DNA from: Flectonema sp. DT1601
Taxonomy: Eukaryota
Direction: 5' to 3'
Length of the DNA: 64,000 nt
Assembly (NCBI GenBank): GCA_964019425.1
Contig: OZ025802.1
Coordinates: 868,001-932,000, forward strand
Positions within the stretch are counted from its first letter, which is position 1. The number at the start of each line of letters is the position of its first letter. Below, in pieces: positions 44,801 to 57,100 of the stretch. The notes below the pieces were generated by a model. The model had not been told where the DNA came from and ran no database searches. It saw nothing but the letters and a program-made list of their open reading frames with translations. The translations under genes and the position numbers were made by a program.

Positions 44801-47551
44801 CGGTCAGTCTACTCATCAAAAGTGTAGCGAGTGGAAGACCAGCGACAGTTGTTTGATTGATTCACTGTGTGTGTGGACTGTTGACAGTTGTGTTCCATCA
44901 TCGTGCCCTGCTATTTGTAACGAAGCGGAATGCGAACAAGCTGCTGAGGGATGCCACTACTACAGCAAGGACAAGACTTGCAAGCGATCGGTGTGTTACC
45001 ACCCAGCGAAATCCGAGTGCGAAGGCGACAAGTTGTGCTGGTGGGATGTTTTAGGAAATACTGCTGAAGACAGTTGCAAACCGGTGGTAGGATGTCACAA
45101 GCATAAGAGTGACACTCCTTGTGGCAAGGACAATGCTTGTAATTGGGATCAGTCTGTTGGGAAATGTACCGACAAGCGTAGATGTATTGTCCATCCGGAC
45201 ACCCTGTCGTGTAACAACGACACCGCTTGCGTGTGGAACACTGCCTCTGGTTACTGTGAGGACCGTACTGGATGTGCTCTGTACACTGAGGCAAAAACAT
45301 GTGCTGCTGGTAAAGAACAGTGCTTGTGGATAGTCCAGGATTCCCTTTCGTCTTGCATTGACAAGACATGTGGTGGATACGACTCGCAGCTCACTTGCAA
45401 CGCCGAAGAAACATGTGAGTGGAATTCAAACAACGCGACTTGCTTTGACAAGACTGGTTGTGTCTTGCACATGAGACAGGATATCCCAGAGGCATCTTGT
45501 TTGAGTGACGACCGCTGTGTGTGGACTGGCCTCAAGTGTGAAGACAAGGAGGGATGTGCTGCTTACGTTAAACGTGATGCGTGTACACGTGACACGGGAT
45601 GCACTTGGTTGAGCGAGACTAATGTTTGTGTCGATGACGGATGCAGTGCCATTGCGAACATGGATAAATGTGAATCCGATGCGAAGTGCATGTGGTTTAC
45701 TAACATCGGAACTAATGATCGCTGTGATGACAAGTGCAGTGCACACTTCACTTCTAAGGACTGCAATACCGTTGCCATCTGTGAGTGGTCTCAAGACACC
45801 TGTATCCCAAGTAACTTCTGTCCTGCTACCTACGGAAAAGACAGCGAGAACTGTAACGAGGACATTAATTGTGAATGGTATGTTTATGTTTGTTTTGCAG
45901 TCGTGGCTGCAATAGTATACGTGGTTTTCCCTCTCCTCTTTGTTCTTTTTTCTTTTTTTTCTCTCGTTTCTTCTTTTTTTTTTTGTATGGTCTTAAACAA
46001 TCCGCAAAAACAGGGACGTGTTGTATGAGCGTTGCAACAAGAAGAAGGCTTGCGTGATGTACCCATCTGAAGTTGCGTGCAACGCCACCAGCAGCAAGTG
46101 TATCTGGGAGAAGGAGAGCAACGTGTGCAAGGACATCGCACAGTGCTCGTTCTACGATTCCTCGTTGGTATGTTTTTTTTTTTTTTTTTTTTAAATTTTT
46201 CTATCGAAATGTGACGCAGTTTTTAAGGTGGAAGCTTTTTTTTATTCTTTTTGTTCTTTTTTTTTTGGTCACGGCAGAAATAAAAAAAAAGGGACCAACA
46301 AAACATAATAAAATAATAATACCATCAGGAGTGTGCCAAGGACGCTGGTTGTCAGTGGTCCGACGCCGAACCTGTGTGTCTGCCAAGAGACGATCCATGC
46401 AGTGGAAGACCAGAGAACCTGTGTACCGCTGAGGAGTGCATCTGGGAAGGTGATAAGTGTAAGTTGAAGTGCAGCGAAACCTGCAGCGCGGCGGGAGGAG
46501 TCTGCAACGGCGAGTGCTGCACTTGCAAGCAGGGATACTACGGAGAGAGGTGTGACATGTGCCTGTTTGGAAAATCGGAGAGTGGCGGGTGCCTCACGTG
46601 CTCTGCTGAGTTCTGCAGCAACCACGGACGCTGTGACTCTGAAATGACTTCGTGCATCTGTGACAGTGGCTACGGAGGTGCTGACTGCAGTGCGAGAGTT
46701 TGCAGTGCTGAGATGCCAGTTTGGTACACTACCTTCCCGCTTCGTCCGATGAAGAACGAGCGTTTCACTTTCATCATCCACGGTTGTTGGGACGATGCCG
46801 CGAACAGCACTGGTCGCGACGTTAAGATAGTTCCGGCATCGCAGACGTGTGACAGCCCTGCTTCATGTGGTATGTTATTTTAATTTTACTGTTTGCGTAA
46901 TTGTGTTCTCGGTTTTATGGTTTCTTTCGGATGGGGGGTTTTTTTGTGTATTTTTGAAGGGGAGGAAGATGTGAAACAAAAAGAAATAACAAAAAAAACT
47001 CCAAACAAACAGAGAAACCAATGTTGATGTCCGACGAGCAGCTGGAGATTGGAGATGAGGGTGCGAAGTGTACCAGCTCAAGAGTTTTGAATGCTGCATT
47101 AGAGCCAAAGAGTAAGATGGAGTTGTTGGTTAACACGACTGTGGCATTTGCTGATGAAGATGACAGAGAATTGATTGTGTGCTGGAGAGACCCAGTCAGA
47201 GACCAATGGAGAGAGCTTGAGACTCACTACAAAAATGGAAGTGTTACCAGGACTACTATCGTACAGGGTGCTGTTGATGAAGACACGGGTTCGAGACCTG
47301 CTCCAAATTTGGCTGGAACTGGTGATGAGTGTTGCGAGGGATTGAGACTCGGTGAAGTTTGTCTACCAACTGCTCTTGTTATCGTCCTCTGGGTGTTGGT
47401 ACTCTTCTTGATTGGATATCTAGTTTTTGCCCTGGTCAAAGGGAAGAAGGAGAATGACGCTCTAAGCAACCAACCAAAGAAGGGTTACCAAGACTTCGAG
47501 ATGGAAGATGGAAACAGTGGTTTGGTAAATGATCAAAGAAGCAGCAACTAG
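14860..47551 (+). CDS. Giant cysteine-rich VWA/C-type lectin/EGF-repeat type-I membrane protein, copy A (5'-incomplete at the gap); exons <14860-45877, 46014-46167, 46329-46869, 47013-47551
   Basis: 10,384-aa ORF with 16 VWA domains (first one partial). Removing three GTATGT...CAG introns joins four frames seamlessly (..NCEW/DVLYERC.., ..YDSSL/ECAKDAGC.., ..PASC/EKPMLMSD..). Ends in a TM helix and cytoplasmic tail, with TAG at 47549-47551. Confidence 0.93.
18740..22970 (+). repeat. Block of roughly 28 tandem EGF-like Cys-rich protein repeats (~45-55 aa) within copy A
   Basis: Recurring (D/N)EC...C(PTCANDTC)...GQxCxDP....DWxCxCxPP.G....AxC. Confidence 0.8.
23130..24100 (+). other. Beta-rich adhesin-type domain plus C-type lectin-like domain within copy A
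   Basis: HYYRHF..CTWEEAQNMC..GYLMSVTSGAEN..GWIGA..WKWVTGP..YNQW..EP..GFICEW, which are CTLD hallmarks. Confidence 0.8.
27270..28290 (+). other. Second beta-rich plus C-type lectin-like module within copy A, with a QPD motif
   Basis: TGHYYRYF..CRWDEAKTAC..GYLLSINT..GWIGATD..GEWRWMTGPE..YANWAIGQPDD..EDFAQ..GTWRD..GFVCEW. Confidence 0.85.
28662..44780 (+). repeat. Eleven tandem [VWA + Cys-rich spacer] units with ~1.54 kb (~513 aa) period within copy A
   Basis: VWA starts (CPxxDhhhhhDGSxSM or degenerate) at ~28662, 30201, 31764, 33291, 34857, 36417, 37950, 39498, 41043, 42573 and 44097. Confidence 0.9.
45878..46013 (+). other. Spliceosomal intron 1 (136 nt, phase 2)
   Basis: TG|GTATGT ... AAAAACAG|G; low-complexity T-rich sequence; splicing restores the Cys-repeat frame. 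Confidence 0.85.
46168..46328 (+). other. Spliceosomal intron 2 (161 nt, phase 0)
   Basis: TTG|GTATGT ... CCATCAG|GAG; splicing joins the frame of ORF 46374..46883. Confidence 0.88.
46870..47012 (+). other. Spliceosomal intron 3 (143 nt, phase 1)
   Basis: TGTG|GTATGT ... AAACAAACAG|AG; splicing joins the frame of ORF 47021..47551. Confidence 0.85.
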
Positions 47552-47953
47552 TGTGCTGCTTTCGAAGGTCTTTTCCTTTTTTTTAAGTTTTAAAGTGGAT
47601 TTTTATTTTTATTTATTTTTATTTCATTTCTTGTGTCGAATTCCTTTAATATTGGACTTTGCAAACCCTTTGAGACCCCTTCCCGTATCCCTTACTACAC
47701 ATCACTATGTCACGAGACAGTTGTATTCTACTGTGAATATATTGAACATTTTTTTTCCCCCTTTTTTTTTTCTTTTTTTTCTTGTATCTGAATTGAATTA
47801 AAAAAAATGAATTATATTTGTTCTAAATTTAATAATTTAGTAGTTCGTGGTATTTATTTTTGTTGTCCTTTTTTTTTTTTTTTGAATTTTGATTTGATTT
47901 TTCTGGCAGTCGGTGACCTGTTGTAACTTGTAACTATAATTGTAATTTGCTAA

Positions 47954-47984
<31 letters not shown>

Positions 47985-48397
47985 ATATCATATTCTAGCT
48001 CCGAATCCTGTTGATGAATCAGGGTATCAAGTTGCCCCAGGCTTCACTCGCTTACTGTTATGATTAACGTGTTCAGACGAATTGTCTCTCAGTGGTTTTA
48101 CGAGGGGATAGTTCTGTGGAGAAGAGTGAATGATATGCATTCCACTGAAAAGATAGCATCGATTTCCTGATCGAAGTAACGTTTTTTATTTTTTCCCTTT
48201 CCAAAATGTTTTTGTAAGTGATCTTCAGTGTAGCAGAACCTTGCTTGCTGAAGGTCAGGTAGCGTAGTCCTTTCGTAAATAATAGTTTCTTGGATTTTTT
48301 TTTTTTTTTTTTTCGTTCTCTTATTTTCTCTTGTTTTCTTGTTTTGGTTTTGTTTTTCTATTTTATATACTTCGAGTAGCCCTTAGGAGCCCACCGA

Positions 48398-48487
48398 GTA
48401 TTCTTGCGTCTCTTGATCGATGGTGAAACGCAACAACTATTGTATTCTTGCGTCTCTTGATTGATGGTGAAACGCAACAACTATTGT
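48398..48487. repeat. Tandem duplication of a 44-bp unit
   Basis: GTATTCTTGCGTCTCTTGAT(C/T)GATGGTGAAACGCAACAACTATT occurs twice with one mismatch. Confidence 0.9.
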
Positions 48488-49020
48488 GTCTTGTCATTGG
48501 TGGTAGTAAAGCTTCAAAAATAAAATGCTTTGCATTTTACCCATGTAGATATAAGTTTCAAGATAGGGGAAATAATGATGAAAAAAAAAAAAGATTGTGG
48601 AAGTTAGTTCTTTTTTTTCGATGGATACGAGAAGATGACGAAACGAATTTTATTTAATAAATTTTTTGATTTAAAAAATGCAAAAGAAAGTGCACAAATG
48701 AATTAGTGTTTAGCTTTGATGGACGTGCCTTTTGTCAGTCTGCCATACCAATCCTTTATTAGATACGGATGTATACTGCAAGGGTTCATTCTGACACTCC
48801 CTGTGGAATTTGCGTTTGGAGAGAGATGATGTCCTTTTCTTTGTAAGTAGTGTGTCCCTCTGGTGTAGATTTCCGTCCGGTGGAATGCATTGACGTGCAA
48901 TAAGTTATTATGACATTATTTCTTTTCTTTCTCCCCCTTGCACTTAAGGGCAAGGTACACGCATGCCAGCTCTGAAAGGCAGCTGGTTTTTTTTTTTTTT
49001 TTTTTACAGTTTTTTACATA

Positions 49021-49094
49021 CCCCAGAGGGACCCTCCGTCCCTCTGGTGAGGGACCCTCCGTCCCTCTGGTGAGGGACCCTCTGTCCCTCGGGG
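49021..49094. repeat. Three 23-bp GC-rich palindromic repeats
   Basis: GAGGGACCCTC(C/T)GTCCCTC at 49026, 49049 and 49072, bracketed by CCCC...GGGG. Confidence 0.9.
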
Positions 49095-51119
49095 ATATAT
49101 CGAAAAACTGAAAACCACACGTAAATGGCGTCCACTGTAGCGGATGGGTGAAAGGTGCTACAGGGGTTGAACAAAAAAAAAAAAAAAGAAAGAAAAAGAA
49201 GCTGGGAATCTCGATGCGTCTCAAAATTTGGGGAGCACCCCCAGCCATTTTTAAAATGAACGCCCTGTTCTGAAACTATTTGCGTAATAGTTTGTTTGCC
49301 TGATTATTTTTTCCCCTTCTTTTATATTCCCTTTTTTTGTTTCACAGAATTGGAATAGTATTTTTTTTCCCTTAAAAAAAACAACCAACTGATTTCTGTC
49401 CCACAAATCCTAATGGCAAATCTGCAATCTGCAATCTGTTTTTTTTTTTTTTTCCCCCTGTGTGCTTTACCACGGTATTTCTCCTTAGCCAACTTATACC
49501 TATTAATTGAGTCTCCCTTACTTTCTTCGCTGAAGAGGGCTGGGTAAGGGGAACGGTCCGAAGAAAGATTTTTTAATCTCAGCCCGAAACCAACCATTAT
49601 TTGTTTGTTGTCCTACGAACTTTTTGCATTCGATTGAATTTTCCCGCCCTCTCGATAACCATTAAATACTAACCAATACTAATTAAGTCAAAAAAAATAA
49701 AAAAATCGAAAGGCCACGAAAGTCGAACCTCAGTCAGGGTTTTTAGGGCTAATTAATTAATTAATTAATTAATTTTTTTTTTTTTTTTTTTTTTTTTGTA
49801 ATACAATGGCTGCTTAGGCGGTTGCCCTTACTGGGCCGCTCACGTGCTTATTTAGTATCTTTTTTTAGTTTTTAAAAACGATAAGAACGTTCTTGAAACT
49901 GAATTATAAGAAATTTGGAATAAAGTCCCCTAGTGAAATCCTCAGAGGGACAAGTAGTATAAGATTAAACTATGTTTTTCCACTGTTCTGCTGCCAATGT
50001 AAACATAAATATTTGATGCTGTGAGTGTTTTTTTTTTTTTTTTTTTAATTTAATTACCATACCGTGTGTTTGTTCCATGTGTTTCCTAACTAACCATTTA
50101 TTTTTATTTTATTTAATTTTTATCAGTTCGATAATTTAATAAAAGCTAGGCAACGGTAATTAATGCTTTTCTTTTTTTCATTTTTTTGACCTCTTGTGCT
50201 AATTGTATTTTTCATTTCCCACATCCCACCTCATCAGATTACGTTTACCTTTGTGTAGCCCGGTACAGTCCTTTCTATATTCATGGGGTTCTTTTTATCT
50301 TTATAAAGACCCTGGTATTGCCCACAGGAGTGAGTGCAAAACTTCATCTCCTCTACATACACTGAAGTACATTTTCTTCTGTTGTGGGTTTCGTTATTTT
50401 CTTTTTCTATTTCTTGCTCCCTTTACAATATTGTGATCGATTCATTCTCACTTACAGTATTAGCAACCCTCTTTAACTTCATTAGCTTGTTGTTCTTGAT
50501 CTTTGATTTTACTGCTCTCTTTTTTTCTCTCTCTCTCTCTCCCTCTCCCTCTCTCAAATTTCATTTGTTAGCTTGTTTGCGTCATATGCACAAGTTACGA
50601 ACAAAGAAAAAAAAAGAAAAAACTGAATGTTTTTTAAAAGCTGAACGTTTCTTTTTTAATTTTTTTTAATATTTTCATGTGGATGGAAGCTATCGGACGG
50701 TGGCACAGCCGTCTGACTACTTCGCCTCACGGAATGCGTTGTTCATTCTGTGTCTTCCCTATTGAAGCTCTGAGCTTCTCAAGGAAAGCGTGCATTCTAT
50801 GTTGAGGAAAATCTGCTCTGTGTGTATGTTTTGTATCACCTGAAGAGTTATCTATTTCTTCCCCCCACACACAACAGGGTACAGACTATTAATTGAAGTG
50901 CAGGTATTCTTTTTAAATGTGTTTAGATCCTATTAAGTGACTTCTTCAACCCCCCACAGAACGAGGATATCTCTCACACCCTCCCACGCCCTCATCCCGT
51001 ATTTTCTTTTTAGTTCCCTACAAAGGAACCCCCTCGTTACCCCAACATCAAGGGCTGTTGTTTTTATAACTGAAAGCTCTCGTTTTGTGTGATAACAAAA
51101 AAAAACTCAAAACTAAAAA

Positions 51120-54100
51120 ATGAGAAGTTTCGGCTTCGTGTTAGCTGCTTTGTTACCGGTATGTCTGGCTGGTACGTACGAGCAGAATGTTCCGAAGAAT
51201 GTCTTCAACGTTGATTGTCAAACGATCGTCTTTACTACCGGAGAGTGCGATTGTAACACAGTCATCCCTGGAGCATCAATTGATGTTGAAGAAGGATATG
51301 TTAACGGTAGAGACACATTGTCATGCCCAGCCTGTGCCGGACTGGGTATTCAGACTCAGTGGATCTCCGGAACTGGTGTCTTGAAGTTGACAGGTAATGG
51401 AAAAACCATCAACGACTTCGCCAAGGCAATCGACTCCATAAACTTTTTGACGACTTCAGGAGATGGTAATTCGAGAAGAATTACTTACAACTATGGTCAC
51501 GCTCTTTACTCAAGTGTTACTGGTCACTTCTACGAATTCTATTCGCAGTGTTCCACCTCAGCGTGTCATTGGGACGATGGTCAGGCGTCATGTGCCGATA
51601 AGAAACGTGATATACTTGGGTTGGTTGGTTACCTCGCTACTATTACCAGTGCTGGTGAACGTGATATCACAAATACTAAGATCCGAGGACAAGGTTGGTT
51701 GGGAGCTTCAGATGCTGGTCGAGAAGGAACTTGGAAATGGGTAACTGGACCAGAAGGATGTCCTCCTTATGACACCAGTGTCACTGGAGCACAACGTTCT
51801 GCATGTGACTTCGGATATCCACTTCCTAATAAAAGAAATCCATGTTCTGGTCCAGATTGTGATGGAGGTACTTTAATGGGAACTGGAGCTACTTGGCGGT
51901 TCCGTCAGTCAGGATATGGAAACTGGGCAGGAAGCCAGCCAGACGAATGGAGTCGACCTGTCCACGGAGAAGATTACTTGCATTACTTCGGCAGAAATGG
52001 ATTGTGGAATGATTACCCGCTCACACACGGAAGTATCGATGGGTTTATGTGTGAGTGGGGAGGTGTTGGTGAGCTCTGCATAGACAGTGGTGATGTGTTC
52101 AAATCGTACATCCTTGTTTCTGGATGTGACGGCTTTAAGTCGCAAGACAAGTGTGAAGCACACATTCCAGTTGGATCATGTGCCTGGGATATCAATACTG
52201 GATCATGTATTCCTCATGGTTGTCACGTACACGAAGACGAGGCTCAATGTGGTCAGGATCCACTCTGTGATTGGGATCTTACTGTGTCACCAGCAGCATG
52301 TGTAGACAACAAGTGTGCTTCATCACACACCGATGTTAGTTCTTGTAATGGGGATCTTGTTTCTCCATGTCGATGGGACGATAACCAACCTGACGGTGCC
52401 CAATGTCAGCCACTCAACTGCGGTGACATTACCGACATGTGCACATGTACGAAACTAGGAAACTTGTGCCTCTGGGACCCATCATCAAAGACTTGCTTGG
52501 ATCCTGATCAGAGTACTTGCCCAGCTGCTGATGTTATATTTGTAGTACCAGGTACTAAACATGCTGGAACTCAATTTGGTACTCACACAAATGGATACTA
52601 CGGATTAATGGAACATCTGAGACACTGGACTTCATCAGCTCACATGGCTGGTGCTTCCGACTCCAACTACGGATTCCGTGCGGCGTATGTGACGTACGGA
52701 AGGAATGGAAAGTCGGTCACTGCATCTGACAGCACGGGCGCTCCAGCCACCTTCGACAACTGTAAGACGTGGGACCCAGTTACTGGAACTACCGGAAACA
52801 ACGGAGGGTTCTCTATGAACCCTCACGCTCTCAACATGGACATCAGTTTCTTGGAGAACTTCTACTGTCCTAACTGGGCTGGTAGTGGAAGCTATGCAGT
52901 CCCTGGTCTACAGACTGCTTTGAGCAGTGTTCAGGCCGCCTCAGCAAACGGTCGTAAGAAGTACGTTTTCATTGTTGCTGAGTCGAAACTCAGCGACAGT
53001 TCCACGGACTTGGCCAACGTCGTTAACCAAATTAAGGCTGTGCCTGATACCGAAGTATTTGGAATTGTTCCTCGTGCGCTTCAGGGAAGTACTTCAACAG
53101 ACGTTCAGGCTGAGGCAAAGTTGAAGCCGCTTGTGACATCTGACAAGCACATCGTGAACGTTGAGTTGGCGAATTTGGGAGATGAAGTTCTCTCAAAACT
53201 CTGTGACGCTTCGACAACTTTCGGCAGCGTTATTTCTACGAAATCTGATGTCGGATGTCGCCAAAGGGACGAGACGGATTGTAAGGGTGCTCACCTTTGT
53301 CTGTGGGATATTTCGAAGTCACCATCGTGTGTTAACAGTCCGTGCCTACAGAAGTGTACTGAGGTTGAATGTAATTCCCAGGCCGGTTGCCAATGGGATG
53401 CCGCTCTCGGTGTTTGTGAGAAAGATATTGTCGACTGCTCACTCCACAACGGTGACAAGGCTGCGTGTGAGAACAACGAGAACTGCGTTTTCGAACCAGT
53501 TTGGGCTGCCGCTGATACTTGTGCAACCAACCCGTGTAGGGACTTGACTGATTCCACAAGTTGTGTTGCTGAGACGGAAACTGTATCGGCACCATGTGTT
53601 GATCCTCCTGGTAACCCGGATTATTGTAAATTAAGTGTTTGTGAATATGATGATTCAAAGTCTCCGAAGTGTAATGTTAAGAAGTGTCTTCAGAAGGACC
53701 AGACGAAGTGTGAGGCTGAAGATGGATGTCTTTGGGAGCCACTCCAAACACCTCCGCCAACTGGACCACCATCGACTCTTGTGTCGTACTGTGCTGAGAA
53801 GAAGTGCGACTACCCGAGTCAGGCGGCGTGCGTTGCGGATCCGAAGGGTCAGTGTCAATGGGACGATGGATCTCAAACATGTAAGGAACTTCCATGTGTT
53901 CACAACCCTGACGAGCTGACTTGTGACAATGATCCAGTGTGTCACTGGGATATTTCTACTAACCCACCAGGATGTATTGAGACTCCTTGTGGTAAGAACA
54001 AGAATCAAGGTGATTGTGATGCTTCTAGTGACTGCATGTGGAACAACGATAACCCTGCGAAGCCTTACTGTGAAACATTGAACTGTGGAGAAATAAAGAC

Positions 54101-57100
54101 TGCTTGTGAATGTCAGGAGTCTCCGCACTGCACATGGCGCCAGGCTGCTCAGCACTCCCACTGTGTTGATCCACTGTACTCAACTTGCCCTGATTTAGAT
54201 ATTGGTTTCATTATTGATGGTTCAGGATCCATGTCTCTTCGGTTTGGAAACCATCCTCACGGATTCTTTGCTCTCATGAACATGCTTCAAGATTGGGTGA
54301 AGACTCTTCCGCTTACTGGTGAAGATCACACTGTTGGTGCTCAGTCAACTGTCAGAGGAGGAGGTTTCAGAGTTTCATTTATTCAGTTCTCAAAAGCTGA
54401 TGCTTCTCCTGCTGACGACCATCCAACGAACTGTGCTATTGGTGCTTGCACTGATGGTAAATTATCAGGTATGAGATCTGAGCTTCTCGGTGACATTCAG
54501 TGGCATGAGACGAACTACCAGAGTCAGTGGACGTACATCCACGATGCGCTTTTGGATGTTGCGGAAAACACCATTGACCCGCTTCACTCACCGGCACACA
54601 GAGAACACATTGTGATCATTTTGGCTGACAATGGTCTCACTGACTACGACGGTGATTCCTGCTCTTCGGGAGTCTGTGGAGCTTGCCCACAGGGATGTGA
54701 TTCATTGTTCAAGCCTTCCTACAGAACTATTCTTGACCAGGGTACCGCGAAGTTAGTGGCCGACAACGTCACTGTTTTCGGTGTCGCAATCAGAAGATTC
54801 GCTTCTTCGAACTTCCAGGACCAGAACGCTGAGAACAAATTGAAGCCACTTGTTTCCTCACCTCGTGATGACCACTTTTTGAGTCTGCAAATGGATGAGA
54901 TTCCTGACAAGCTTTTGAAGTCACTTTGTGATCCAAACAGCAAGTTCGGTGCCATCGTGGCACCCGCTGTCAACGTGGATCACTTCCCGTGTGCTTCATG
55001 GGGATACCGCGACGAGTGCATGTCTGATGAGACTTGTGAGTGGGTGACACCAAAACTGACAACTTGTGACGCTACCACCGGATGCCCTCAATTAAATTGC
55101 CAAGAGTTACCAATTCATTACCGAGGAATCTATGAATGTAATAAATGCAGATTAGCTCGTACCGTTATCACTTGCGGAGCCAATGTGGCGTCTTCCATTG
55201 TGGGAACCTGTCGTCAGACTGCCTGCATGGCATGCTGTAACAGCACTTGCTGTGATGCGAAACCGGAGTGCTCATGGAACACAACTGATTCTACGTGTAC
55301 CCGCGATGTCTGCGAACACCCGAACAAGGACGACTGCGAGAACGATGCCAACAACCTTTGCAAGTGGGACCCTGTGACAAAAGATTGCAGCAAGAAGGAG
55401 TGCGAGGCGACGTTTGAGCAACACAAGTGCGCAGCTAACCCTGAGTGCTTGTGGGACGCTGGTGTAGATCCTCCGGTGTGTCTGCCAATTCCGAAGTGTG
55501 ATACTTACACTGCTGAGGCACAGTGTGTTACTGATGTACAGTGTACTTGGAATTGTACTGATTCGGATTGCAGATACACGCTCTGTCCGTTTGCGAATGA
55601 AGTTGACTGCCTGTCATCAACTGACTGCGAGTGGAGCGGTACCATTTGTGTTGAGAAGCCGTGCCGCTACAACACCAGCAGTGAATGTGCCGCTGGATGT
55701 GACCCAAACTGCAAGTGGGACAACAAGACGAGCACTGAGCACTGCAGACAGGATCACTGCAAGAAGCATGCTGGCAACCCAGCCTGTGATAAGGATCCAC
55801 GTTGTCACTGGAGTGGTACAACTTGTGATGAAGACTATTGTGCTGATTACGATAACGATGAAGTTGAGTGCAAGGATGACCCAAGATGTACTTGGAGTAA
55901 AGACGCATCACTCGGATGTGTTTTGACGAACTGTTCAAAGGACCACGGGATCCCATCAACAGCTTCGTGTGCTCCTGATGTGAACTGTAAACCAGGTACA
56001 GATGCTACTGGTGACTACTGTGAACCAACTCAGTGTCATGATTTGGATTCATGTGAGTGTCCACAGAAGGCTGGATGCTACTGGGATCCAAATGGAGGAG
56101 CCACCAACTCTGGAGAATGTAAGGAGGATGCTGGCAGTCTTTGTCCTGACTTGGATGTCGTGTTCTTGCTCGACGGTTCTGGTTCGATGAGCGCTCGCTT
56201 CGGATCTCATCCCCATGGATACCAAGGTATGATTGAAGTACTTAAGGATTGGGTAAACACTATACCTCTTACTCATGAACCTGCTCATACTACATCAACT
56301 GTTACTGGTGGAACATTCCGACTTGCATTCATCCAGTTTGCTAAGACTTCTGAGTACTGGGCATGCAAGAATGATGGATCTGGATGTAACAGAAACACTT
56401 GGGGATGCAGGAATCCGGATGTTTCACAACTTCCTGGTGCAAAGTGCGCGGATGGTACTTTCTCAGGAGATTTAACTGAGCTTCAAAATGATTTGACATG
56501 GCACGAGAGGAATTACATGGGTTCGGTCACTTACATGTCAAAGGCTTTGGAAGATGCTGTTCAGGTATTTGATGACTCTCCTGCAAACAGAAAGCATGTT
56601 GTTGTTATTATTACCGATGGTTCTTTAAATCCTAGAAGTCGTCAATCTAGAGAAATTCCTCCTCTCCGTGCTCAGTTAGACGCGAAGGATGTCATCACGT
56701 TTGGTGTTGTCGTCAGAAAGGGGCAATCGCACACGAAGGCTGATCTCGATGCTGAGGCCACGTTGAAGCCGATTACTAGCGACCCTCATGATGATCATTT
56801 TGTAAACGTTCCACTTGATGACATGTTGGATCACGTGTTTAAAGACTTTTGTGATCCAGCGAGTCCATTTGGTAAGGCTGTGTCTACTGGAGGAACACGT
56901 GCTGCAGTCCTGCCGTGTTCGAAGTGGGGTTTGGAGTCTGAGTGCCACGCTGACGCAAGCTGTGAGTGGACGTCGGCCTTGCCAGCAACTTGTGTCAAAC
57001 CTAGTGGATGCAAGAATCTGAACTGCCTGGAACTCTCAGGGACTCAAGCTCAGGCATACACCTGTGAGCAGTGTGTTCTGGTTGGTTCAGTTGTGACCTG

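Noticed and set aside
45878..46028. Hydrophobic C-terminus of the 10,384-aa ORF as a TM or GPI anchor
   Set aside because: It is the translation of a T-rich GT-AG intron; splicing continues the Cys repeats to a proper TM in the last exon.
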